64,000 nt of DNA from Vulcanimicrobiota bacterium (GCA_963820825.1 CAWGBN010000006.1:352001-416000); one strand, 5' to 3'; positions 1 to 10,211 are shown, counted from the first letter of the stretch. Made by a program: numbers and translations. The notes: generated from the sequence alone by a model not told the origin.

Positions 1-751
1 CAAAGACGATGCCGGCGTCGTTGAGCGTATCGTTGAGCGAACCGGTCTTGTGCGCGATTTCGACGTCGGGAGGGAGCGGCTCGGGGAGAAGCGTGTTGAA
101 CTCGTCGGCCTTGAGAATCCCGATCATCTCGTTGGACGACCATTGATCGATCAGCTCGCCGCGCGCCATCAGCGCGAGCAGGTGCACGAGATCGGCGGGC
201 GAGGTGCGTAGCGTCTGACGGATCGCCCAGCCGTCGGTTCGAACGTCCGCGGCGAGGTGCGTGCGGTCGAGGCCGAGGTCGCGCATCTGCCGGTTGATGT
301 TGCGGCGGCCGACGAGGCGGATCAGCATATTCGTCGCGGTGTTGTCGCTGATGTCGATCATCTTGGCGAGCAGTTCCGAGACGGGATAGGTCATGCCGAC
401 CGGTGCGTCGCAGAGCTCGCCCGATCCGTAATCTTTATCGGAGGCTTCGAGCATAACGCGTCGCTGCAAGTCGAAACGGCCCGCTTCGAGTTGCGCAAAG
501 ACTTCGACCATGACGGGGAGCTTGATGGTCGAGGCCGCCGGCATGCTCGCCGCGGCGTTGAAGCCGGCGTTATATCCGGTGCTGATGTCGAAGACGTCGA
601 GGGCACTGGCCGCCGGCAGGTGGCGCGCGAGGCTACGCACTTCGCGATTGAGCCCCGCGAGCGGCGGGGGAAGATACGCCAGTACCGGTGCCGGCGAAAT
701 GATGCCAATCCAGAGAGCGAGCGCCGCGAGTGCCGCTGCAGGTCGCATCAT
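1..751 (-). CDS. Class A beta-lactamase-related serine hydrolase (3' end runs off window)
   Basis: Manual minus-strand translation: signal-like N-terminus, SxxK (AASTIKLP), SDN (DISDNTA) and KTG (HKTGSLNDTLNDAG) motifs; absent from ORF track because the stop is outside the window. Confidence 0.85.
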   Translation of the reverse strand, partial: MMRPAAALAALALWIGIISPAPVLAYLPPPLAGLNREVRSLARHLPAASALDVFDISTGYNAGFNAAASMPAASTIKLPVMVEVFAQLEAGRFDLQRRVMLEASDKDYGSGELCDAPVGMTYPVSELLAKMIDISDNTATNMLIRLVGRRNINRQMRDLGLDRTHLAADVRTDGWAIRQTLRTSPADLVHLLALMARGELIDQWSSNEMIGILKADEFNTLLPEPLPPDVEIAHKTGSLNDTLNDAGIVF

Positions 752-836
752 GGCCCGCCGATTTGATTGTCAAGCTCGACGCCTCCTGCCGAGAGCTCGC
801 ACGAGGCATGCCCGCCTGCACGGTGAAGGGCGAGGC

Positions 837-1940
837 ATGAGAGGCACTCGGCGCAATCCGTGGCGATGGCTGACCGAGGCGCGCGTCACGTACGCGCTGA
901 AGATCCTCATGCTCCTCGTCCTGACCTTCTATGCGGGCCAATTCATCGTCGAGATACTCGCGCGGCTTCATGCCGTCGTCTACATCCTGATCGCATCGGT
1001 CTTTCTCGCCTACCTCATCTATCCGGCCGTCGTCCGCCTGCGCCGGCGCATGCCGCTGGTGCTTGCGATCGTCTTGGTCTACGCCGGCATCGTCCTGGGC
1101 CTCGTCGTCGTCGCGCTCTTTGTCGTTCCGCACATCATGGACGACGTGCAGATGCTCGTTGCGCGCTACCCCGATCTCGTCGCGCGGTTCAACTCGCTCC
1201 TCTACAATCCCAATGACCGGTTCGTCGCGAGCCTTCCGCCGTGGCTACGCGCCGAGATCGCCCGCGTGCCGGCACAGATCGGGCAGTGGATTCAGCTTCG
1301 CGGATTGCAGACCGTCGGTCATCTCGTCGTCGTCCTGGCCGGGACCGTCGCGATCGTCGCCGTCTTCATCGTCGTGCCGGTCGTCACGGCCTATCTCTTG
1401 CTCGACTTGGAGAACCTCAAAGCGGCGCTCGCCGCCATCGTCCCCGCGGACCGCTGGCGCGCTACGATGAGCCTGCTCTCGGAGATCGACGGTGTGATCG
1501 GCGGCTTCATTCGCGGTCAACTGCTCGTGGCGCTCTTCGTCGGCATCGCGATCACGATCGCGTTGATGTTGTTGCGCGTGCCCTATCCCTATCTCTTCGG
1601 ATTGCTCGCCTTTTTCGGCGACCTGATTCCGTACGTCGGCGCGGTGCTCGCGTTCTTGCCCGCCTTCTCCTCGGCGCTCTTGACGAACGGCTGGGTCAAC
1701 GCACTGCTCGTTACCGTCGCCTTCGTCGCGATATTCGAAGCGGAGGGCCATCTCATCGCGCCGACGGTCGTCGGGCGTCAAGTGAAGCTGAGCGCATTCG
1801 TCGTCATCATCGCGCTGCTGATCGGGGGTGAGGTCGCCGGACTCTTCGGCTTGTTGATCGCCGTGCCGGTCGCCGGGGTCGTGCGCGTTCTGGCAACGCG
1901 GGTGGTCGAGGCGGCAAAATCGAAGTCCCCGCCGCTGTGA
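837..1940 (+). CDS. AI-2E family transporter
   Basis: Multi-TM protein with GGFIRGQLLVA, IPYVGA and P-x-x-x-G-x-x-x-x-L motifs; start moved to ATG 837. Confidence 0.9.
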   Translation: MRGTRRNPWRWLTEARVTYALKILMLLVLTFYAGQFIVEILARLHAVVYILIASVFLAYLIYPAVVRLRRRMPLVLAIVLVYAGIVLGLVVVALFVVPHIMDDVQMLVARYPDLVARFNSLLYNPNDRFVASLPPWLRAEIARVPAQIGQWIQLRGLQTVGHLVVVLAGTVAIVAVFIVVPVVTAYLLLDLENLKAALAAIVPADRWRATMSLLSEIDGVIGGFIRGQLLVALFVGIAITIALMLLRVPYPYLFGLLAFFGDLIPYVGAVLAFLPAFSSALLTNGWVNALLVTVAFVAIFEAEGHLIAPTVVGRQVKLSAFVVIIALLIGGEVAGLFGLLIAVPVAGVVRVLATRVVEAAKSKSPPL

Positions 1941-2824
1941 GCACCACCATTTCACCGCCGCGGCGCGTCGATATCGTCGGCGTACCGATGGACCTGGGCG
2001 CGAGCCGCCGGGGAGTCGACATGGGCCCCTCGGCGGTGCGATACGCGAAGCTGCACGACGCGCTCGGAAGGCTCGGGATTGCGACGATCGTCGATCGCGG
2101 CAATTTGCAGGTGCCGATTCGAGAATCGGCCGACGCACAGGATGCCTCGGCAAAGTACCTCGACGTGATCAGCGAGGTCTGCGGCGAGCTCGCCGGAGTC
2201 GTCGAAGAAGCGGTACGCGCCGGCGGTCTGCCGATCGTGCTCGGCGGCGATCATTCGATCGCCGTCGGAACGCTCGATGGTTTGACCCGAGCGCGCGGCG
2301 CGGCGCCGGGACTCGTGTGGATCGACGCGCACGCCGACATCAATAGCCCGGGGAGCTCGCGAACGGGAAACGTCCACGGCATGCCGCTCTACTTCGCATT
2401 GAAGAAGGGCTTTGCAATGGCCGAACATACGGTGCAGATCGGCCTGCGCGACGTCGACCCGGTCGAGAAGCAGCTGCTGCGCGAGTTCGGCGTGAAGACC
2501 TTTACCATGAGCGACGTCGACAAGCTGGGAATGGTTCACGTGCTGGAGCAGGCGCGCGCGATCGCCGGTGCGGACGGGCGGCCGATGCACGTTTCCTTCG
2601 ACATGGACGCGATCGATCCGAGCGAGGCGCCCGGAACGGGAACGCCGGTAAAGGGGGGCTTGAGTTATCGCGAAGCGCACCTCGTGATGGAGATGCTCTA
2701 CGACAGCGGCCAGCTCGGCTCGATCGAGATGGTCGAGATCAATCCGATCCTCGACCACCGCAATCAAACCGCGGCGCTCGCCGTCGGGTTGATCTGCTCG
2801 GCGTTAGGAAAATCTATTCTGTAG
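1937..2824 (+). CDS. rocF: Arginase
   Basis: GVDMGPSA, GGDHS, DAHAD, GNVHGMP, SFDMDAIDP and EINP ureohydrolase motifs. Confidence 0.92.
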   Translation: MSTTISPPRRVDIVGVPMDLGASRRGVDMGPSAVRYAKLHDALGRLGIATIVDRGNLQVPIRESADAQDASAKYLDVISEVCGELAGVVEEAVRAGGLPIVLGGDHSIAVGTLDGLTRARGAAPGLVWIDAHADINSPGSSRTGNVHGMPLYFALKKGFAMAEHTVQIGLRDVDPVEKQLLREFGVKTFTMSDVDKLGMVHVLEQARAIAGADGRPMHVSFDMDAIDPSEAPGTGTPVKGGLSYREAHLVMEMLYDSGQLGSIEMVEINPILDHRNQTAALAVGLICSALGKSIL

Positions 2825-3212
2825 CTTCGGGACGGAAACCGGCGTAGATCAAGTATCCGCCGAGCACGAGCCCGAAGACGAAATAGGCGTAGAAGAAGCG
2901 CGGAAATTGCAGCGCTTGGTAGAAGTCGAGCTGCGTTTGCGCCGGCAGCCAGACGAACGTTAGACCCTTGACGGTGGCGATCCATCCGTAGAGCGTGACG
3001 ATAACCGCGGCCGGACTTCCCGACCAGCGGTTGTGCGCGACGACGATCGCGAGTCCGACGAGCATCGTGAAGACGCCGGTGATCCACATGAGCGCCGGAT
3101 CGGCAAAGAACGCGTTCAACATGTCGATGGTCGGCTGCCGGTTGAAAACCATCCCGAGCTCCGCCAGAACGATCCAGAGTCCGAGGACCCTGGAAAAGTA
3201 TCGCGTCAGCAT
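2814..3212 (-). CDS. Hypothetical 4-TM membrane protein
   Basis: ORF from MLTRYFSR; four hydrophobic segments, HNRW motif. Confidence 0.7.
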   Translation of the reverse strand: MLTRYFSRVLGLWIVLAELGMVFNRQPTIDMLNAFFADPALMWITGVFTMLVGLAIVVAHNRWSGSPAAVIVTLYGWIATVKGLTFVWLPAQTQLDFYQALQFPRFFYAYFVFGLVLGGYLIYAGFRPEATE

Positions 3213-3231
3213 CGGGACGGTTTTAGCGATC

Positions 3232-3936
3232 TTATAACTTGATCGTCGCGCGCGCTTCGCACGAAACGCCGCCGCCGCAGACCGCCGGATCCCAGCTCGC
3301 ATCGGCGAGCAGAGAACGTATCCGGCTTTCGAGTTGCGGATCGAGCGGCGGCTGGAAGAGAATGCTCTCGGTGCGCCCGTCCTCACCGACGGTGACGACG
3401 AGCGTGACGTGCGTGCCGAGTGCGTCGAGCTGTTTGCGCACGTCCGGATCGAGCACGGGGTCCGGCTGCTGGGCGCCAAAGGGCAGATAACCACCGGTCT
3501 GCCGGGTTCCCACACTCGTAACGGCGCGAACCGCCGGTGAGGGCGTCACAACAGGGGACGGATCGTCGGAGGTTCCGGTTCCATCGCGCGGAGCCGCGCC
3601 GACGGCGGGGGCGGCCGGCGCATTCGTCGCGACGCGCGGCGCCGGCGACGCGTCGCGGTGCGCGACTTCGGGGACGAGGCGAAGGTGATCGGTAAAGCTC
3701 ACCGCCGTTCTGCGATTCTGGTGTGGCGCGACCGCGCGCGGCGGCGCATGCGGCGCGTGCGGCGGCGGGACGACCTCGACGTGCAGGATATGCGAAAAGC
3801 TCACCGTTTCAACCGGCGTTCCGGTAGAGGCAGTCCAAGCGAGCGCTGGGATCGCGATTGCGACCAGGAGGTGCAGCGAAACCGAGGCGAGGGATGCTCG
3901 CCCCATTCGTGTCCGTGCGTTCGCCATTGCACCCAT
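3232..3936 (-). CDS. Membrane-anchored Pro/Ala-rich protein with TonB C-terminal-like domain
   Basis: SVSLHLL N-terminal anchor, Pro-rich linker, C-terminal VTLVVTVGEDG...WDPAVCGG. Confidence 0.55.
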   Translation of the reverse strand: MGAMANARTRMGRASLASVSLHLLVAIAIPALAWTASTGTPVETVSFSHILHVEVVPPPHAPHAPPRAVAPHQNRRTAVSFTDHLRLVPEVAHRDASPAPRVATNAPAAPAVGAAPRDGTGTSDDPSPVVTPSPAVRAVTSVGTRQTGGYLPFGAQQPDPVLDPDVRKQLDALGTHVTLVVTVGEDGRTESILFQPPLDPQLESRIRSLLADASWDPAVCGGGVSCEARATIKL

Positions 3937-3956
3937 CGTCCTGCCCCTCTTCGATT

Positions 3957-4631
3957 TCAGCGCGCGGCCGACCCCGCCCGTGACGCTTCCGCGCCCCATG
4001 CGTCCCATCCGCGGGCGGCCTCGCGCGCGAAGAGTTCGATCCGCGGGCGGCGCCCGCAGAGCTCCTCGATGCACTGCCGGACGATCGGCGGCTTTCGGCT
4101 ATGCGCTGCGCGCGGCGCGAAGAGCACCTGCGCTTGGCGCAAATCGCGAATCGGGAAGGGCCGCCCGGTCGGCATCGTCGTGGCCGCGAGCACGAACTCC
4201 GTCGTCGGCTTGGTGAACGTCGGCGGGACGCCCTGCCCGCGAATCGGCTCGCCCTTGCTGTTGATCTTGACCCAAACGTAGGCGACGCCACGATAGTGGA
4301 GACCCCAGCTCTCGATCAGTTCGATCGCAAAGTTGAGGCGCGGACCGGTGCACCACAAGAAGAGTGCGGCGCGTTTGTTCATGATCGCTCGAACCGGAAG
4401 TTGCGCGAGCTCGCTCTGGCTCATCAAGGGATAATGCTTCGCGGCGGCCGCGTCCTTGATTTGGCTTCCGTAATAGAACCAGGGCGGATCGGCGTAGACG
4501 ATGTCGTACGTTTTGGTGGGAAACGGCGGAAGATGCTCGTGATGGCCGGCGGCGCTGCGGCGGGCCAACCGTGCGAGATGCTCGCGATTCTTCGGCGAGT
4601 ATCCCTCTAGACGAGTGCGTTTTGCGGCCAT
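3957..4631 (-). CDS. MT-A70 family N6-adenine methyltransferase
   Basis: YDIVYADPPW, HYPLM, ALFLW, WVK, HSRKP and IELFAR...GWDAWG motifs. Confidence 0.9.
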   Translation of the reverse strand: MAAKRTRLEGYSPKNREHLARLARRSAAGHHEHLPPFPTKTYDIVYADPPWFYYGSQIKDAAAAKHYPLMSQSELAQLPVRAIMNKRAALFLWCTGPRLNFAIELIESWGLHYRGVAYVWVKINSKGEPIRGQGVPPTFTKPTTEFVLAATTMPTGRPFPIRDLRQAQVLFAPRAAHSRKPPIVRQCIEELCGRRPRIELFAREAARGWDAWGAEASRAGSAAR

Positions 4632-4659
4632 GCTGCGATGAGCATATGGGACGCGGCGA

Positions 4660-5427
4660 CTACAGCCCTGCGGCGAACGATGACACGACCGCGCCGCAGA
4701 GCGTCGCCGCAAAGTTGACGCCGTCGTTCTCCAGCCAGCCCGCGCCGCGCCGCAGCGTCGTCTTCGCGCCGCAATCGTGGGCGAGCGTCTCGCACTCGCA
4801 CGCGCAGACCGGACACCACCGCACCGCCTGAAGGCTCGCGCCGAGGATCGAGTCGGCGATCGCTCCCGCGAAGCCGCCCAAGGCGACGCTCCAAAACGGC
4901 GCGATGCCGATGCCTGCGGCCACCGCCGCGACGCAGAGCGATCCCGCTGCGGTCGCCGCGATTCCGAGGAGCGTCACGCCGCCCGAGCGTCCGGGTGCGA
5001 GCGGACGCAGCGTGAGGATCGAGACCGGCGACGTGTGCGAGAGCATGCCGAGCTCGGTGCCCCACGTATCGGCCGATGCGGCGGCAAAGGCTCCGGCGAA
5101 TGCTGCGGCGAGCGGCGCACCGGAATAGACGCCGCCGAGCGCGCAGATCGCCGCGACGCCGCCGTTGGCGAGCACCTGCCAGGCGCTGCGCGCACCGGCG
5201 CGTTCGCGGGAGATCGCGCGTTTGCGCGCCGCGCCGACTCGCGAGAGCAGCGTCGAGGGCAGAAAGAAGGCAAAGAGTACGGCGGCGGCAGGCCATCCAC
5301 CGCGGCCGAAGACGACGGCGCCGACGGCGAACGCGGCAAGCGCGCCGCCGAACGAGAGCGCGCGCGTGCGATACGCGAGCACGGCGACGATCGCCGCGAA
5401 TGCGACGGCGATCGCTGCTTGGATCAT
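4660..5427 (-). CDS. DUF92 (TMEM19-like) membrane protein
   Basis: QVLANGG, ADTWGTELG, SGGVTLLG, DSILGASLQ and NDGVNF motifs; ATGA overlap with upstream gene. Confidence 0.88.
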   Translation of the reverse strand: MIQAAIAVAFAAIVAVLAYRTRALSFGGALAAFAVGAVVFGRGGWPAAAVLFAFFLPSTLLSRVGAARKRAISRERAGARSAWQVLANGGVAAICALGGVYSGAPLAAAFAGAFAAASADTWGTELGMLSHTSPVSILTLRPLAPGRSGGVTLLGIAATAAGSLCVAAVAAGIGIAPFWSVALGGFAGAIADSILGASLQAVRWCPVCACECETLAHDCGAKTTLRRGAGWLENDGVNFAATLCGAVVSSFAAGL

Positions 5428-6953
5428 CGCCGTCCAGCGAAGTAACGGTCGAGCGCGTCGAGAAGGCCGCCGGTGGTAAAGCGCTGCGCGACGACGTCGA
5501 CGCTCAACCCCGCATCGGCCGCCGCGCGCGCCGTGATCGGTCCGATGCAGGCGACGCATTTCCCGCACGCGAGCTCGGCCGCGGCCGTCTCGCCGCCGAG
5601 CAGCTCGCAGAAGCCACGCACCGTGCTTGCGCTGGTAAAGGTGAGCACGTCGGCAGAAGCGATCTTTCGCGCGAAATCGGGATCGCTCGGAACGACCGTC
5701 TTGTACGCCGGTGCGATCGTGACGCTCAAGCCCGCCTCTTCGAGCGTGCGCGGCAAGACGTCGCGCGCTTCTTGCGCGCGATAGATGAGGACGCGTGCTC
5801 CGGGACGCGAGCCGTCGATCACCGCGCGCGCAACCGCTTCGGCAACGAAGGTTTCGGGAACGGCGTCGGCTACGATTCCGTGCGCGCGCAACCGCTCCGC
5901 GGTGCGCTCGCCGATCGCCGCAACTTTGGCATCGCGCAGCGCGCGTGCGTCGGCGCTGCGTGCGGCAAGCCGGCCGAAGAAGGCGTCGACGCCGTTCTGC
6001 GAGGTAAAGACGACCCAATCGAACGAGCCCAAGGCGTCGATTGCATCCTCGCCCGGCTTCGAGTCGTCGGGGCGCGCGATGGCGATTGCCGGCGCGCGCA
6101 CCGGTTCGGCACCGCGCTCGAGGAGGGCGCGGGCAAAGCTCTCGGATTGTTCGCCGGCGCGCGTGATCGCGACGTGCTTGCCGAAGAGCGGCCGTGCGTC
6201 GAACCAGCGGAGCCGTTCGCGCAGGCGCGCGACCTCGCCGACGACGATGACTGCCGGCGCCCCGACGTTCGCGTGCTTGACGTCTTGCGCGATCGAAGCG
6301 AGCGTTCCGACCACGGTGCGCTGCGTCGGACGCGTGCCGTCGGAGACGACGGCGACGGGCGTCGTCCCGGCGAGTCCGTTGGCGACGAGCTGCTCGGCAA
6401 TCTCGCAGAGGTTTGCGGTTCCCATCAAGATCAGCAGCGTGCGCTTCGGATCGGCGAGCTTTGCCCAGTCGAGCGTCGAGGCGGCCTTGCTTGGATCTTC
6501 GTGACCGGTGAGCACCGTGAACGATGCAGCGTGCTCGCGGTGCGTCACCGGGATCCCGGCGTACGCGGGCGCTGCCAGCGCCGAGCTGATCCCGGGCACG
6601 ATCTCGAACGCGACTCCCGCGGCCTGCAGCGCTTCGGCCTCTTCGCCGCCGCGTCCGAAGACGAACGGGTCGCCACCTTTGAGGCGCACGACGAAGCGTC
6701 CCGCGCGCGCCTTCGCAATCGCCAGCGCTTCGATATCCGCTTGCGGCATCGCATGCTCGCCGGCGCGTTTGCCGACGTAGATGCGCTCGCATTGCGGCGG
6801 CGCGAGCGCAACGATCGCGTCGCTTGCCAGCGCGTCGTAGAGCAATACCTCGGCCTCGCGCAGTGTTTGTGCGGCCCGTAACGTCAGCAGGCCCGGATCG
6901 CCCGGGCCTGCACCGACGAGAGCGACTCGGCCTAGGCGGTTATTTTCCGGCAT
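5424..6953 (-). CDS. cobA: Uroporphyrinogen-III C-methyltransferase / uroporphyrinogen-III synthase fusion (CobA-HemD)
   Basis: VGAGPGDPGLLT, RLKGGDPFVFGRGGEE; C-terminal HemD domain (VFTSQNGV, FTSASTV, CIGPIT). Confidence 0.93.
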   Translation of the reverse strand: MPENNRLGRVALVGAGPGDPGLLTLRAAQTLREAEVLLYDALASDAIVALAPPQCERIYVGKRAGEHAMPQADIEALAIAKARAGRFVVRLKGGDPFVFGRGGEEAEALQAAGVAFEIVPGISSALAAPAYAGIPVTHREHAASFTVLTGHEDPSKAASTLDWAKLADPKRTLLILMGTANLCEIAEQLVANGLAGTTPVAVVSDGTRPTQRTVVGTLASIAQDVKHANVGAPAVIVVGEVARLRERLRWFDARPLFGKHVAITRAGEQSESFARALLERGAEPVRAPAIAIARPDDSKPGEDAIDALGSFDWVVFTSQNGVDAFFGRLAARSADARALRDAKVAAIGERTAERLRAHGIVADAVPETFVAEAVARAVIDGSRPGARVLIYRAQEARDVLPRTLEEAGLSVTIAPAYKTVVPSDPDFARKIASADVLTFTSASTVRGFCELLGGETAAAELACGKCVACIGPITARAAADAGLSVDVVAQRFTTGGLLDALDRYFAGRR

Positions 6954-8232
6954 CCGAGAGATTGAGCTCGAAGAGATCGTCGAGCACGCGCGCGCTCGAG
7001 AGCGCCTCGGCGTGATCGAGCGTCGCCTTCTCGCGAATCCGCAGGATCGCCGAGTGCAGCAGCTTGGAGACGATCGTCATCGTCATGCCGGTCACGAGCA
7101 TGCGCTCGCGTTCGTCGAGATCGGCGCAGCGCGCGAAGAGGCGCTCGAGCTCGGCAACGCGGATCGCCTCGGCCTTTTGCGTCAATCGCGCGATGACCGG
7201 AACCGCGACGCGCGCACGATACCAGTTCTCGAAGCGCTCGACGTATTCGGCGATGATCTCTTCGGCCGCAGGAATCGCTTCGCGCCGGAGATCGAGGCGC
7301 TCGTCGACGACCGATTTGAGCCCATCGATGTCGACCAGCGAGACGTTCGGAACCTCCGCGACCGTCGGATCGACGTCGCGCGGCACCGCAATGTCGACGA
7401 TGAAGAGCGCACGCTCCGGGCGTTGCGCCATCGCACGCCGTACCGTTGCTTCATCGAGCACGAAATCGGAGGAACCGGTCGATGCAACCACGACGTCGGC
7501 CTCGGCTATTGCGCTGGTAAGCTCCGGCAGCTCGACGGCCTCGCCGAAGCCGGCTTCGCTCACGAGGTCGCGCGAACGCGAGAGCGTGCGGTTGACGACG
7601 ATGACGCGCTGCGCGCCTTCCTGCCGCAGCCGCTTTACCGCGGCACGTCCCATCTTTCCGGCGCCGACGACGAGAATCGAGGTGCCTTCGAGCGTCGTGA
7701 GCCGGGCGCGCGCCGCCTCGACCGCAGCGGTCGCAAATGAGACCGACTCGCCGCCGATGCGCGTCTGCGCGCGCGCCGTCTTGCCGGCCGCGATCGCCTC
7801 GCGGAAGAGCCGGTGAAGCGTGCGCCCCAGCGACTTGGCGCGCGTCGCCGCGACGTAGGCATCCTTGACCTGTCCGAGGATCTCGGCTTCGCCGATCAGC
7901 ATCGAATCGAGGCCGGTGCAGACGCGGAAGAGATGCTCTACCGCCTGGCGCCCGAGCAGCGTGTAGAGATACGACTCGATGTCGTAGCCGGTCGTTCCGT
8001 GGCGGAAGTTTGAAAGAAACGATTTGATCTGGACGACGCCGTCCTCGTAATCGTCGAGCGCGGCGTAAATCTCCAAACGTCCGCAGGTCTGCAGCATGAC
8101 CGCTTCGCGCACCGCCTCGTAGTCGCGCAGGGCCACGAGCGCCTCGGCCATGCGCGAGGGCGGGAACGCGTGGCGTTCGCGCACTTCGACCGGCGCGGTA
8201 CGGTGCGAGAGCCCGATGCAGACGAGCGGCAT
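6940..8232 (-). CDS. hemA: Glutamyl-tRNA reductase
   Basis: GLSHRTAPVEVRE, TCGR (TCNR-like), GLDSMLIGEAEILGQVK, GAGKMG, DIAVPRDVD. Confidence 0.95.
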   Translation of the reverse strand: MPLVCIGLSHRTAPVEVRERHAFPPSRMAEALVALRDYEAVREAVMLQTCGRLEIYAALDDYEDGVVQIKSFLSNFRHGTTGYDIESYLYTLLGRQAVEHLFRVCTGLDSMLIGEAEILGQVKDAYVAATRAKSLGRTLHRLFREAIAAGKTARAQTRIGGESVSFATAAVEAARARLTTLEGTSILVVGAGKMGRAAVKRLRQEGAQRVIVVNRTLSRSRDLVSEAGFGEAVELPELTSAIAEADVVVASTGSSDFVLDEATVRRAMAQRPERALFIVDIAVPRDVDPTVAEVPNVSLVDIDGLKSVVDERLDLRREAIPAAEEIIAEYVERFENWYRARVAVPVIARLTQKAEAIRVAELERLFARCADLDERERMLVTGMTMTIVSKLLHSAILRIREKATLDHAEALSSARVLDDLFELNLSDAGK

Positions 8233-8237
8233 CGGCG

Positions 8238-8903
8238 TTACTCTAAACTCAGCCGGTGGGTGAGAATCGCCATCTCACCGGCGAGGTCGATGTTTCGCAC
8301 GATGACCGGTCCGCGTAAGTGGAGCGGCATCGGCGCGAAGTTGAGAATCGCGCGAATGCCGAGATCGGCGACGCGCTGCGCGCTCTGTTGAGCGGCTTCG
8401 GCGGGAACGGAGATCACGGCGATGTTGCAGCCCGTCTCGGGAAGTGTCTGCTCCATTTCGTCGGCGCTGCGGACGACGATGCCGTTCCAACGCTGACCGA
8501 TGACGTCGGGGGCGCGGTCGTAGATCGCGGCGACGTTGAAGCGCCGTTCGCGCGCGCTGATGAACGAGGCGAACGCACGCCCGAGATACCCAAAACCAAC
8601 GATCGCGATCCGCCAGTCATGCTCCAATCCTAAGACCCAGGCGAGCTGTTCGACAAGCGGATCGATCGCATAGCCCTGGCCGCGGCGGCCGAAGGGACCC
8701 AGCGCCGAGAGATCCTTGCGTATCTGCGTGCTGGCGATCGTATGCCCGAGCAGCGCGGCGAGTCCGTGCGAGGTGATCGTCCGCTTCCCGCTCGCGTGCG
8801 CCTGTCGAAGCGCCCGATGATACGCGTAGAGCCGGGGGATCGAGACCTCGACCAGGGGCTCGGCCGACTCCAGGCGGCTCGCTTGGAGCTTGGGATCGAT
8901 CAT
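8238..8903 (-). CDS. rex: Redox-sensing transcriptional repressor Rex
   Basis: RLYAYHRAL, TQIRKDLS, FGRRGQGY, GFGYLGRA Rossmann motif, ILNFAP. Confidence 0.9.
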   Translation of the reverse strand: MIDPKLQASRLESAEPLVEVSIPRLYAYHRALRQAHASGKRTITSHGLAALLGHTIASTQIRKDLSALGPFGRRGQGYAIDPLVEQLAWVLGLEHDWRIAIVGFGYLGRAFASFISARERRFNVAAIYDRAPDVIGQRWNGIVVRSADEMEQTLPETGCNIAVISVPAEAAQQSAQRVADLGIRAILNFAPMPLHLRGPVIVRNIDLAGEMAILTHRLSLE

Positions 8904-10198
8904 GCGGTCGCCACGAGGGCGCCGAGCGAGGCGTCGGCGGCCGCAACCGTCCACTCGACGTCGCGCGGCGTATGGGCAGCCGAAAGAAAGTTCGCTTCGA
9001 AGGGCGAGGGAGCGAGGTAGACACCGCGATCGAGCATGGCGCCAAAGTACTTCGCGAAGAGTGCCCGATCGGACTTTTGGGCGCTCTCTAGATCGCGTAC
9101 CGGCTCGGGAACGAAGAAGAGCGAGAACATCGCCCCGGCGCGAGCGACCTGATGCGAGATGCCGTGACGCTGCATCACGGCTGAGAGCCCGTCGCAGAGC
9201 GCGGCGGCCGTCGCGTCGAGACGCTCGTAGAGGGTCGCGTCGCCCGCGACGGCGGTCAGCACGGCGAGCCCGGCCGCCATTGCGATCGGGTTGCCCGAGA
9301 GCGTTCCGGCCTGGTAGACGGGTCCATCGGGAGAGAGGTAGGCCATGATGTCGGCGCGGCCGCCGAATGCGGCAACCGGCAAGCCGCCGCCGATGATCTT
9401 CCCCAGCGTCGTCAAGTCGGGAACGATGCCTTCGAGTGCCTGCGCGCCGCCGCGCGCGACGCGAAAACCGCTCATCACCTCGTCGAAGATCAGCAGCGCA
9501 CCCGATGCCGTGCAGAGCTCGCGCAGCTTCTGCAGATATCCGGGTTCCGGCAGCACGAGCCCCATGTTGCCGGGATACGGCTCGACTATCACCGCGGCGA
9601 TCGAGTCGCCGGCGGCGGCGAAGGTCTTCTGGGCGGCCTCGGTGTCGTTGAATGCTAGAAGGATCGTGTCGCGCGCGACGCCCTCGGTGACGCCGGGCGA
9701 GTTCGGCACTCCGTGCGTCAACGCGCCGGAACCGGCGGCGATCAAGAACGAATCGCCGTGACCGTGGTAACAGCCGGCGAACTTGACGATCTTGTCGCGG
9801 CGCGTGAAACCGCGAGCGAGACGAATCGCCGAAATCGTCGCTTCGGTGCCGCTCGAGACGAAGCGCAGCCGTTCGATCGAAGGCATCATCGAAACGATCG
9901 TCTCCGCAAGCTCGCTCTCGAGCTCGGTCGGCGTTCCGAATGAGGTTCCGCGCGCCGCGGCGTTGGTAATCGCGCGCGTTACCGCGGGATGCGCGTGACC
10001 GAGCAGCACGGCTCCCCACGACATCACGTAGTCGATGTACTCGTGACCGTCGAGATCGTAGAGCATCGCGCCCGAACCGCTCTTCATGAAGACCGGCGAG
10101 AGTCCGACCGCGCCGAGCGCGCGGACGGGCGAGTTGACGCCGCCGGCGATGACGCGCCGGGCCCGCGCAAAGGCGGTGATCGAGCGTTCCAGCTTCAC
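8900..10198 (-). CDS. hemL: Glutamate-1-semialdehyde 2,1-aminomutase
   Basis: GGVNSPVRA, SSGTEAT, GCYHGH, FDEVMSGFR, GKIIGGGLP, AGTLSGNP; GTG start 10198. Confidence 0.95.
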   Translation of the reverse strand: MKLERSITAFARARRVIAGGVNSPVRALGAVGLSPVFMKSGSGAMLYDLDGHEYIDYVMSWGAVLLGHAHPAVTRAITNAAARGTSFGTPTELESELAETIVSMMPSIERLRFVSSGTEATISAIRLARGFTRRDKIVKFAGCYHGHGDSFLIAAGSGALTHGVPNSPGVTEGVARDTILLAFNDTEAAQKTFAAAGDSIAAVIVEPYPGNMGLVLPEPGYLQKLRELCTASGALLIFDEVMSGFRVARGGAQALEGIVPDLTTLGKIIGGGLPVAAFGGRADIMAYLSPDGPVYQAGTLSGNPIAMAAGLAVLTAVAGDATLYERLDATAAALCDGLSAVMQRHGISHQVARAGAMFSLFFVPEPVRDLESAQKSDRALFAKYFGAMLDRGVYLAPSPFEANFLSAAHTPRDVEWTVAAADASLGALVATA

Positions 10199-10211
10199 GA
10201 TGAACCGGCTT

